The notes under the pieces: generated by a model
The model's input: only the letters and a program-made list of their open reading frames with translations
What the model was told of the DNA's origin: nothing
Database searches by the model: none
Part shown: positions 27,308-37,846 of the stretch, in pieces
Layout of the letters: every line of letters starts with the position of its first letter
How positions within the stretch are numbered: the stretch's first letter is position 1
Assembly: GCA_964016885.1 (NCBI GenBank)
Contig: OZ024747.1
Coordinates: forward strand, 15,314,001-15,378,000
Reading direction: 5' to 3'
Length of the DNA: 64,000 nucleotides
Source: Eledone cirrhosa
Taxonomy: Eukaryota
Program-made: the position numbers and the translations under genes

Positions 27308-27417
27308 CGAATGAGGTGTGGTAAGGAACCAGATGAACCAAAACGCACCAGAGTACACAATACTCAGTGTACTAGAGTGGGTAATAGAACAAAGTTTAAC
27401 CCCGATTCGACGGCTAT
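27307..27417 (-). mobile_element. Truncated palindromic mini-element, copy 6
   Basis: GTGGTAAGGAACCAGATGAACCAAAACGCACCAGAGTAC...TAGAGTGGGTAATAG after (TA)n; ends at a SINE fragment. Confidence 0.75.
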
Positions 27418-27423
27418 TTCTAC

Positions 27424-27525
27424 TAAGGCAAAGTTAACCTCGGCGGGATTTGAACTCAGAATGGCAAGGGCCATAACTCAATGCGTCAAAGCATGGCGGC
27501 CGACCGTCCACCAATACTGCCAATC
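27424..27525 (-). mobile_element. SINE fragment (head half)
   Basis: AAGGCAAAGTTAACCTCGGCGGGATTTGAACTCAGAA...ATACTGCCAATC. Confidence 0.85.
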
Positions 27526-27673
27526 GACATATATATATATAGTAATAATAATAAATGTGAAGACTAATATCCGTTAAGGGTGAAAGCAGCGATTCTTTGC
27601 TTAAACTTTAATCTGTTATTTTAATTATATATATATAGAAGGGGAGAGAGGGGTATAGAGATAGAAAACTGCC

Positions 27674-27795
<122 letters not shown>

Positions 27796-28897
27796 TTAAA
27801 ATAATGAAATAAAAAATCAAGTCATTAGAGATATACTCACTGCTTTACGATCGTTTCTAGGTGATGATAATACATTGTCGCCATACACCGTTATTGATCT
27901 ATGTAAGGTTAGTCATCAAAATATCAGATAAAGAGAATATTTACTTACATGCTTATCACCAGCTGTTTTCAAAAGCAATAATAATTTTATTCAGAATTAG
28001 TAGTATGTTAGTATCATGTCCTTATGTGGAGGTGGTTGAAGAACTAACCAATCAAATTGTTTTTTTCATATGGTGTTAAGATGAAAAGTAATACACTTTA
28101 GTTGAGGTCATGACCCTTTGAAAGGAATGCTTGAATGGTGTTAATAGTAGAATTGGCATACAAATCTATTAGGAGGAAAGGGATTGTCAAACTGATAGTT
28201 TAATGTATCTGGTATAGTGAAGTTTAAAAGGAATGTGAAAATAAATGGTGATTAGTGTTGTATTGAGGTTTTAGGTGAATATAAATTAAGGTTATGGCTA
28301 GGAAAGATAGTATATTAAAAGATGAAAATTATAATAAGATAATGAAATACAGTAATGAGATAATATACAACATAACCAACACAATATAGTACGGTGTTGT
28401 AAATTGCACTTGGTATAATACAGCATATGATACGTTCTAAATTACTATCAAGTATGTTTATGTATAAATAATCAAACTCAGATAAATACATGTTGGCATA
28501 GTTAAAGCACATACATTTCATAGATTACAAAGTGCATATATCCACACCATATATAGAGAGGTACAGTTATATTGATATCCAACCAAAAATATACATACGC
28601 ACAAATAGATGCAAACCTAAATACACATTTACACATGTGCACATAATCATATACACACATATACATACTTACCCATATCTACACATACACACCTATACCC
28701 ACATATATTGTCGTGGTGCAGTCATATTATTTTTAAATTTATAAATGTTGTAGTTGCTTATTTTTTGCTGGAGATTGTTGGATGTAGAGTATGAGAATTT
28801 AACAGTATATTTGTTAAATATTTGGTGGTATCTGTAGTTTGGTAGAAAATGTTTATGTAGATAAAAGTATGTACACGTACATACATATATATATATA

Positions 28898-29426
28898 TAC
28901 ATACTACTGTACGTCTTTATACATATATGTATGTACGTGTACATACTTATATTTAAGTAACAGCCGTACTAAGAGTGGGAAATGAAATTTCGTTTCATTT
29001 TTTCCGTTTATCGTTTTCGGTGCACCCGGCCGGTTAATCCACTCGATATGCAAATTGGACTACTCACCGTTAATATGCATAAGGTAAGTATATACGTTCA
29101 ACAATCTGACAGGAAGGTATACGTTGCTGACGATAGCTAATAAGCTTGAAACTAGTACAGCGTTCCTTTGTCAGTGTTGAGCAAACGAGCAACGATGGTT
29201 GCTAGGCACTACGGCTTAATACGAGATGTTTGTTTACAAACACACCGGGTATTATAATAAATGTTCGGTGAATCCATACGTACATATATATATATTTGCA
29301 TGTATGTATATATATATACATACTACTGTACGTCTGTATACATATATGTATGTACGTATACTTATATTTAAGTAACAGCCGTACTAAGAGTGGGAAATGA
29401 AATTTCGTTTCATTTTTTCCGTTTAT
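28898..29426 (+). mobile_element. ~415-bp partial-tandem unit with ~110-bp direct repeats enclosing a hammerhead (retrozyme/PLE-like)
   Basis: Direct repeats at 28898-29011 and 29317-29426; HHR at 29121-29163. Confidence 0.6.
29121..29163 (+). ncRNA. Minimal type I hammerhead ribozyme motif
   Basis: ACGTTG CTGACGA T AGCT AATA AGCT T GAAAC TA GTA CAGCGT: 6-bp stem I, palindromic stem III (ACTAGT), GUA triplet. Confidence 0.8.
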
Positions 29427-29564
29427 GTAGAATTTCAAAGAATTTTTGGGAAATTTAACCAATAGTTTGCAGGTTGAAGGGAGCGCTGTACCATGTTATG
29501 TTTCTTTTGCGGTTTTTAGTTAAGTCCTTATTACCACTTATATATATATATATATATATGTAGA

Positions 29565-29752
29565 TTGGGAGTATTGGTAGAGGGTCGGACGCCATGCTTT
29601 GACGCATTGAGTTGCGGCCCTTGCCATTCTGAGTTCAAATCCCGCCGATGTTAACTTTGCCTTTCATCCTTACGGGTCGATAAAATAGAGAACCAGTAAT
29701 ACAATGGGTATTTGCTGGCCTTGTGCCAAAAGTAGAAACAATTATTATTATT
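29565..29752 (+). mobile_element. Full-length SINE copy
   Basis: Family consensus through GGCCTTGTGCCAAAAGTAGAAACAATTATTATT. Confidence 0.92.
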
Positions 29753-30198
29753 ACTATATATATATATATATATTATTTCTATATATATATATATACACTA
29801 TAACATGCTAACCATCCAAACAGACATATAACACCTATTTTAGAAAATAAAAACCAGAACTAAATAACCCTTAACATACGTTAATACTCTAACAGCTTAA
29901 CATGCTAAACGCCCCCCCCCCCAAACACATAACTTCCTCACCCATTTCTACTAACGGAATCATTTCCACCCCCACACAAAATATATATATTCTCTCCATC
30001 TTAACATGCTAACCATACCCCCCCCCACACACACACATAACACCCATACACACACACATACAACTCCGTCCCCCATTGCTACTAATAGAATCATTTTCCT
30101 ATACACACACACACACACACTAGTACACAAATAAACATACATATCTCTACTTTCTTTATTTCAATAGAAAGTCTGAATTCTGACACCCCAGCGCACCA

Positions 30199-30575
30199 GC
30201 CATTTTCACCGAACCAGATCAATTCTCCCCATCCCGCTTTTCTTGATCATTATCTTTTGTTTGGCACAAAATTCTCTAAAAGGCTACAAAACAAATTCCC
30301 AAATACGGGCTCGTAATTTAATGTACTTGTTCACGCGACAGTCATAATTTCATTTATAACCAATCAAATTACATTTTAAAAAAAAGCATTCGTGAGGCAC
30401 CCTTTTTTTTAAGTAAAAAGAAATCCAAACACAAACTGGTGCGAAAGCTGATTTGCTTATTCACGTGACTGCATCAACCAACCAAACTTCACTCATATAT
30501 GAAAAAGGAACCTGAGCCCCCTGTTTTTTTAAGGCAATTATGATAAGAACTTTGTAACGCGGATTGGCGCGAAAT
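30199..30575. promoter_or_regulatory. Candidate promoter-like motif cluster (CCAAT x2, E2F-like, E-box, YY1/start-like)
   Basis: CCAAT 30361, TCACGTGA 30461, ATTGG overlapping TTGGCGCGAAA 30563-30574, GCCATTTT 30199. Motif match only. Confidence 0.3.
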
Positions 30576-31008
30576 TTATTATACTTAGTCACCAACCAAC
30601 CAAATTACTCCTCTAAAAACCTAGCATTTCGATCCACTTTTTTCCATATAATACAGAAGTAACATTCAAACACCAACCAGATGTGAGAAAAACCACAAAA
30701 TCTCCATCTCAATTCTACTTTTGAAAGGCAGAAGAACTGCAAAACCGATAAAGGATCCAAATAAATATATATTTTTATAAAAAAAGACTCTATTATATGT
30801 ATAAAAAGGCCATTATTATATGTATATATATACATATACAACTCTTATCAAGTCATCTCAGAATGTTGGTCTTTGTATATATTATTACTACTATATATAT
30901 ATATACATCTATATACATGTATATATTGAATCAATGTTTACCCTAAGTGTATATATATATATATATGAAAAAGAACACAAGAGCGTCTACAACATCAAAA
31001 GATTTTTT

Positions 31009-31051
<43 letters not shown>

Positions 31052-31149
31052 TTAAAGTAAAAAACCAAACCAAAACGAAGAGTGCAGTACAAATTGTTAG
31101 TATTAGGTTCACGCTTGAGAGTGGGGTGTGTATATATATATATACATTT

Positions 31150-32305
31150 TATGTCCCAAATACAAAGGATGGGTACATAAAAGATGTAGTGGGATCACAT
31201 GTAAACTATTTAAGAATGTAGACTTTATATGTGGCCGATGCTCAGTAGAAAGTGTCCACAGGATACTAGCTCCTTCTATTGCCCAGATGGTTCTATAGAA
31301 ATAGTGGACACTTTCCGTTACCTGGGTGACGAAATCAGCAGTGGTGGAGGGTGTTCTGAAATTACAGTAGCCAGAGTCAGAACGGGATGGAAAATTTCAG
31401 AGAGCTTATACCACTGTTGGCCACAAAAGGTTTCTATCTAAAAATGAAAGGCAGATTGTATGATGCCTGTATACGAACAACAATGCTACATGGCAGTGAG
31501 ACATGTGCATTACGTTCAGAGGACCTGCGCAGACTGGGAAGTAACGAAACATGCTTGCTCCGTTGGATGTGTAATAGTAATATACGTGAATGGCATAGCA
31601 TAAATGAACTAAGTGAGAAATTAGGAATAAGAGGGATCAGATGCTGTTTACTTGATGAAGACTGCGTTGGTATGGCCACGTGATGCGCATGAAAGACGAC
31701 AGCTGTATAAAAAAGTGTAGGGCGATCAAAATTGATGGTAGTTACGGAGTAGGTAGACCCAGAAAAACCTGGGACGATCTGATAAATTCCGACCTTACAC
31801 ACTTGCACCTCTCTAAGACAATGTCACTGGACCGAGATCATTGGCGCTGCGCATTAATACTGAAGATCCGCTTTGCCTATGTACAAAGCGAAACCTACAG
31901 TCAGTAGGCACCTCTTAACCAAATATACACCCCAATCAACTACCCCTATCCTATCCTCCAACTCCCACCAACACAAACCTCTCTGTGTAAAGCTCGTACC
32001 ACAACATCCAGTCCAAATATATGAGCTAATGAGATGGAGATCGTGTAGGTGTCACGACAAAAAAACACAGCCCACGCTGTAATGTGGTCGTGTAGGTAAC
32101 ACGGTAAAAAGTTCCCAGTTCCGCACTGTAAATGTGGTTGGTGTTAGGAAGGGCATCCAGCCGTAGAAAACCTGCCAGATAGTCCTATATGAGCGAGACA
32201 CGGTCACCCGACCAACCTTGCCTCAAGTGGGACAACTCCCGTCAAACCCAAGCTAGCGTGGAAGATGGACGTTAAACGAAGATGATGATGATGATGATGA
32301 TGATG
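31150..32305 (+). mobile_element. Decayed 5'-truncated RTE-like LINE 3' part with 3' UTR and (GAT)n tail
   Basis: Frameshifted pieces IEIVDTFRYLGDEISSGGGCS, KGRLYDACIRTTMLHGSET and GRPRKTW; 3' AGGAAGGGCATCCAGCCGTAGAAA...GGACGTTAAACGAA(GAT)n. Confidence 0.85.
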
Positions 32306-32394
<89 letters not shown>

Positions 32395-32976
32395 ATACAT
32401 ACATATACATTTATGGGTCTGAGGCGTCTGTGTGTTTGAACTAGAGAGTGAATGAGAGAGAGAGGAAGAAAGAGAGAGAAAGAGCGAGGGTGAGACAGGG
32501 AGGCTAGTGAGCGTTTCTCGGCGCTCACGCATATAGTGGGTGGTGGGGGGGATGGCGCACATTTTACTCACATATATATTAAAAACACTATAATAAATTC
32601 CAAGATCAAACTGTCAATTTCTTATAATCTATGTCCTTTGTGCCACGTTTGTTACTTAAGATCTTGTGTGAGATATATTATTTTCTCTATTACCTCCCCT
32701 GAATACATTATATTCTCAACATTGAAATGCTTTTTTTTTTCTACTTCTTTCTCTTCTATAATTTCTCTCTAGTGATATTCAGCATACCACTGCTTGTACT
32801 TTATGTTAACTTATTTCTCCTGTTCTCAAACGTTATGCAAATAGATAACTAAATCACCCTCTAACAGTATATTAATCACTTTATACAACACCAACAACGC
32901 AGTGACTCAGAGCAATATCTTAATGGAACTGCCCACATTTGACTGCCCTATACATCTACCCACCTATTAATCTATA

Positions 32977-33010
<34 letters not shown>

Positions 33011-33071
33011 CCTATCAACCTATCTATCTATCTACCTACCTAACTACCTATCTATCTATATATGTATGTAT

Positions 33072-33110
<39 letters not shown>

Positions 33111-33120
33111 AATATATATT

Positions 33121-33231
33121 GACTAATTTTTTAAATTACATTTGTGATAACATTTTACACGTTTTTATTATATGTAAACTTCCCCTTTGTATTTGTCCCC
33201 TTCTTTTGTGCCCCTTTGGCTAATAAAGAAA
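33121..33231 (+). mobile_element. Tx1 3'-UTR-only fragment (copy C) next to (TATC)n
   Basis: Near-identical to 41413-41525; preceded by (TATC)n and followed by ATATCTATCT. Confidence 0.9.
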
Positions 33232-33241
33232 CATATCTATC

Positions 33242-33319
<78 letters not shown>

Positions 33320-33611
33320 ATATATATATACCTATATATATATATTTATCTACCTATATTTATATTTATCTACCTATATATATATTTATCTACCTATATA
33401 TATATATATATTTATTTATTTATTTATCTACCTATGTATCTATCTCTCTATCTAACCTCTTTATATATCAATATACACGTATCCCTCCCTTTCTCACTCT
33501 TTCTCTCCTTATCCCCCCCATCCTTTCTCTATCGATATAACTTCTCCATATATCTATATACATATATACCTCCATTTCCCTCTGTGTCACTTCTTAACTA
33601 TCTATCTATCT

Positions 33612-35577
33612 ACCTCATGCGATACATCATAGAGAGAGTGGGTTGTAAACCAGCCTTCGGTGGGGATCTGGTCAATTTAGATCAGTCTAAGGCATTCGAT
33701 AGGGTTGACCATCGATACCTGGAGCAATTCTCAAGGCGGCCGGTTTAGGTCCCGTTTTCAGAGGCTGGATCAAGGCGATGCACACCAGCATCTGCTCAAG
33801 GGTCAATGTGAATGGCTACCTATCGGAGCCGTTTGCAATCACGCGTTCCATCCGACAGGGACGCCCCTTCTCCTCCACTCTGTACGTATTGTTTCTAGAG
33901 CCACTACTGCGGAAGTTGAAGTTTTTGAAGGGCATCCTTTAGAACCGGGACTGCGAAAAGCGGCGTCGGCTTATGCCGACGACATGACGGTAATGGTGTC
34001 GAAAACCTCGGAAATAAGGTAATCGGCAACCTACTACAGGAATACAAAAGGTTCACACGAGCCAAACTGAATCCGGACAAGGCTGTCGGTTTGAAACTCG
34101 GAACATGGAGAGACAAACCGATACCGTCCGACAGAGCCGTCGGATGCAGGAAGGAAGGACTGGTGAAATTGCTCGGGGTCTGGTTCGGTCCAGACCTCTA
34201 GGTAGAGAAAAGCGGGAACGAGGTCATGGCCAAGGTATTTGCATGTGGGCATAGTGCAAACTGTCTTTGAAAGGTCGAGCGGAGGTGGCGAACACTTTCA
34301 TAGCGTCCGTCATCTACTAGCGCTTGACTGTCGTGCCTTATCCCCGTGAATACCTCGCTAAGATGGAACGCATTCTCTTCCAGTTCCTGTGGAAGAAGCA
34401 GGCTCCACTGGTAAGGAGATCCGTCTGCTGTCAACACCCTTCCAACGGAGGGCTGGGCATGCCCTGGCTAATGATGCGCAAACATGCGCTGAGGCTACGG
34501 CATCTCCAGGTATTCCTCACCGACGAACCGGTGTGAGCACCGTTTGTGAGACAGGCCTTCCCAAAACTTGTCTCGCTGACGGAGCTGCAGTCCTGGGTGA
34601 AACGAAGACCGAAGAAGATGGGCGCCTGGCATATTGAATGTGCCCAGGCACTCACAGTCCTCTGTCAAGCAGGCACAGCAATCAGTGGAGACTCCACTTC
34701 GACATTCTATAGAGGGTTAGTACTTCACAAGTGCGACGACGTGCTCGGGGAGACTGTAGGCGTCGAAGACGACGAGCTCACCAGTCTGTTCGGTAGGACT
34801 TTCCGCCCGGGACCTATGGACAACTTCCAGAGGTTCCTGGCCTGGCAGTGCTACCGAGGATCTCTACCCGTTCGAGATAAAATCTACAGGTACGGACGCC
34901 CCGGCAGGGACCCTTCCAAGAGGACGTGTCCAAGATACGAGCAGGACATTGAAACCGTCTTGCAAGCAATTGTACACTGTCCTGGCGTAACCGACCTGTG
35001 GAACTATGCAGAACAACTGCTGTCGCGTATGGGACTAATCCAGTTGACTGCCCAGTCCATAGTAAGGATCAAACCGCCAGCCTCTTTCAAAAACGAAAGA
35101 GAGGCGGTGTTCCTTTGTACAGTGGCTATGGTGAAAGAGGTTATATGGCGGACGAGATTGAGAGGACTGAGGACAGATGCCTTTCTTTCCGGACAACAAT
35201 TGATTCTCTTCTTTAAGTATCTCTTTAGAAAGAGAATCAGAGTGGATAGAGAGGCACTGCACCCAGTAAATTTACTGAAAGGTGGGTGTATGAAGCGAAA
35301 ATGCCCGAGTGATTGGGCCTTCTCTGTTTATAAGCCTGTAAGGTTAAAGAAGAGAGCAAAAAGAAAAAGGGAACACTTGCACAACACGCTCCTGAAGTTG
35401 AGGGTTGTTCGATTGACGGGGTATTAAACAACCCATTTGTAGTGCCCCCCCCCCCCCCCTATTGGGGATTTCGATTGTTATAATTGTTTGTTTCAATATT
35501 TTTACACGACTGTATGTAAAATCTCCGGCATGTGTCTTCGTCCCCTTTTCTTGTGCGCCCTTGTGGCAAATAAAGAA

Positions 35578-35578
<1 letters not shown>
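33612..35578 (+). mobile_element. 5'-truncated, decayed Tx1-clade LINE (copy D)
   Basis: RYIIERVGCKP, DQSKAFDRVDH, YADD and ORF 34546-35427; many frameshifts. Preceded by TATCTATCTATCT and followed by (TATC)n. Confidence 0.93.

Positions 35579-35672
<94 letters not shown>
35579..35672. repeat. (TATC)n microsatellite separating two head-to-tail Tx1 copies
   Basis: Read directly. Confidence 0.97.
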
Positions 35673-35673
<1 letters not shown>

Positions 35674-35896
35674 CACTATCAGACGCGTGTCACTTCGCGG
35701 AGAAGTTTCCGTTAATTTATGTAAGAAAAAAACGTGAGTTTTTAGTTAAATTTTATATCATTGTGTAACTTGACCACCCCTCTGGACCTTCAGCTGGTGG
35801 GTCAACTCATTTTCGCCCCTTCAGGGGCGGAATATCCATTTAAAAAATTTTTCTCCATCGAATCTTGGAAAAATATTGTAAAATTTTGATTACGTT

Positions 35897-37813
35897 ATGA
35901 ACGCTGCGTCCAACGATAATGGTGGTGGAGAGGCGGTAAGACTACAAAGCTCGCAGTCAACAACGTCTTCTTCACTAGATACTATAGAGATGGAAAGACA
36001 AAATGAAAATAAAAAAACGAATTCACATCCAAACAACACAAATGACACCAAACAGTTCAATGACAACAAAAATAACAGCAAAACCAATAATGATGATAAA
36101 AGCAACAATGATAACAACAACAAAGAAAAAAATAAAGACAACGCCAATAACACCAGCATCAAAGACAACAACAACACCAAGGAAAATACAGATGATACCA
36201 ACATCGGTGACAACAAGAATAACAACAACAATAACAACAATAATGACAACACCACCAATACGGATTCCACAAAGAAACCAAAAATCTCCTTTGCGGAGAA
36301 AGTTCAAAAGAAAGAACAATTGATATATCTCGACATAACAAATGCTGAACACCTTTTAAAGGACGCTAAGAGATATGTCACCTTCGAAAAAAATGGTGCT
36401 TTCAGCATCAATTCTCCGGTAGAAATTCGCAAGGAAACTGCTCTCAAAACGATAGTTTTTAGGACAGTTTCCAATTCTACCCGAAAACCAGTCCAATTGT
36501 CACAGAAAGATATTGAACTGGTTTTCAAAGATTCAATGAATGATATTGCATTCATTCAAAGAAGCAAACTTTTTGGGAGTATTTCGGTACTCATGAAGGA
36601 TCAATTGACGGCCCAAAATTACTCTGTGTCGTCAATTGTATCCAACCTGTACACCTTTTTCCCTACATACATGGGAAAAAGGACACAAAAGATCAGAATC
36701 ACAAGTGTCACACCAAAGGTGAACATATGGTGGATACTGTGCGGCTTCATCAATTTTGATGAAGACAGAATACTGTCAGTAGGAAAGTCCCCCAGAGATG
36801 TATTCAATGGGACTAGCATTGAAGTTCTGGTGCAACTGAGCCCAGAGCGAATAGCTATGATCCCACAGCGTGTACTCCTGGACGGACTCACCTACATAAA
36901 CCTTTCGGTTGAGGGTAGGCGGCCTTCATGTTACCATTGCTTTAGCAGGGGTCACCTGAGGGCTTCCTGTCCTAAACTAATGAACAAAAAAAAGGCTCTT
37001 CTGCCGACACCCATCAAAACAACACGACCACCAACACCACCACAACAACAACAACACCAACACACAAAAATAACCACAACAAACACAGTCCCACCCAACC
37101 CCACTCCACCTAAAACCACTGCAAAATCACATACAGACACAACAGCTCCCCAAGACATACCCCTTCCCAATCACACAGACGATACAACAGATGAGGCTAT
37201 CTCGCCATCACCCAGTGAAGACGAGGGAGAACCCCATCGCTCGAAAAGAAAGAAAAGACATCACAAAAACAAAAAACCAGCAAACACTACCACAAACATA
37301 CAACCACCAACACAAACAACAAAAATATCACAAACAAAACCCCCACCTCCTGAAAACAAAATACCTACAACAAAACGAAAGCACACACAAGAACTACAGA
37401 CAAAAACAAACACAACACAAGAAAATTACACTTACACTTACATAAACACTGAAAACAAAACACTAATGGAGACCATCACGAACGACCCTTCGGTTTTCAC
37501 CGAAGGGAAAACTTTCGCCCACTCTATAAAAAATAGCAAAAAACTGAACCTAAAACTGATTAGGGTCCCTATACAAACTTATAGGTCCCTAAAAGAAACA
37601 TTTGAGAAGGATGTGGGGAATTCCTGCGTGAAACCACTCAACCGCGTCCTTCTCAAATGCCTCCCCACCCCAGACACCCCCATCCCACCAGACCCCACCC
37701 CACCAAACATCTGCGTCCCCACCCCGCCGGAAACCACCACCCATCCAGACAGCCCCTCCAACACCCCCATGGAGATCGTGCGGCCTGGTCCCCAGGAGGC
37801 GAAGGGTGAGTGA
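35897..37813 (+). CDS. Tx1 ORF1 (gag-like nucleic-acid-binding protein, 638 aa)
   Basis: Intact ORF upstream of ORF2. It has a CCHC knuckle CYHCFSRGHLRASC preceded by VEGRRPS, an SFAEKV motif, an Asn-rich N-terminus and a Pro/Thr/Lys-rich C-terminus. Confidence 0.88.
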   Translation: MNAASNDNGGGEAVRLQSSQSTTSSSLDTIEMERQNENKKTNSHPNNTNDTKQFNDNKNNSKTNNDDKSNNDNNNKEKNKDNANNTSIKDNNNTKENTDDTNIGDNKNNNNNNNNNDNTTNTDSTKKPKISFAEKVQKKEQLIYLDITNAEHLLKDAKRYVTFEKNGAFSINSPVEIRKETALKTIVFRTVSNSTRKPVQLSQKDIELVFKDSMNDIAFIQRSKLFGSISVLMKDQLTAQNYSVSSIVSNLYTFFPTYMGKRTQKIRITSVTPKVNIWWILCGFINFDEDRILSVGKSPRDVFNGTSIEVLVQLSPERIAMIPQRVLLDGLTYINLSVEGRRPSCYHCFSRGHLRASCPKLMNKKKALLPTPIKTTRPPTPPQQQQHQHTKITTTNTVPPNPTPPKTTAKSHTDTTAPQDIPLPNHTDDTTDEAISPSPSEDEGEPHRSKRKKRHHKNKKPANTTTNIQPPTQTTKISQTKPPPPENKIPTTKRKHTQELQTKTNTTQENYTYTYINTENKTLMETITNDPSVFTEGKTFAHSIKNSKKLNLKLIRVPIQTYRSLKETFEKDVGNSCVKPLNRVLLKCLPTPDTPIPPDPTPPNICVPTPPETTTHPDSPSNTPMEIVRPGPQEAKGE

Positions 37814-37846
37814 TCTCTTTTCCTCTTTTAACTTTTCAGCACCAAC

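Larger units (their letters stand above)
27113..27668. repeat. Inverted duplication (~100-150-bp arms) enclosing (TA)n, a mini-element fragment and a SINE fragment
   Basis: AATAACAGATTAAAGTTTAAGCAA..CACCCTTAACGGAT..AGTCTTCACATTTATTATTATTACTAT (27169-27250) is the near reverse complement of 27539-27620. Confidence 0.9.

Noticed and set aside
29790-30020. TAAC-rich telomere-like stretch
   Set aside because: Only scattered TAACATGCTAA motifs, with no regular TTAGGG array.
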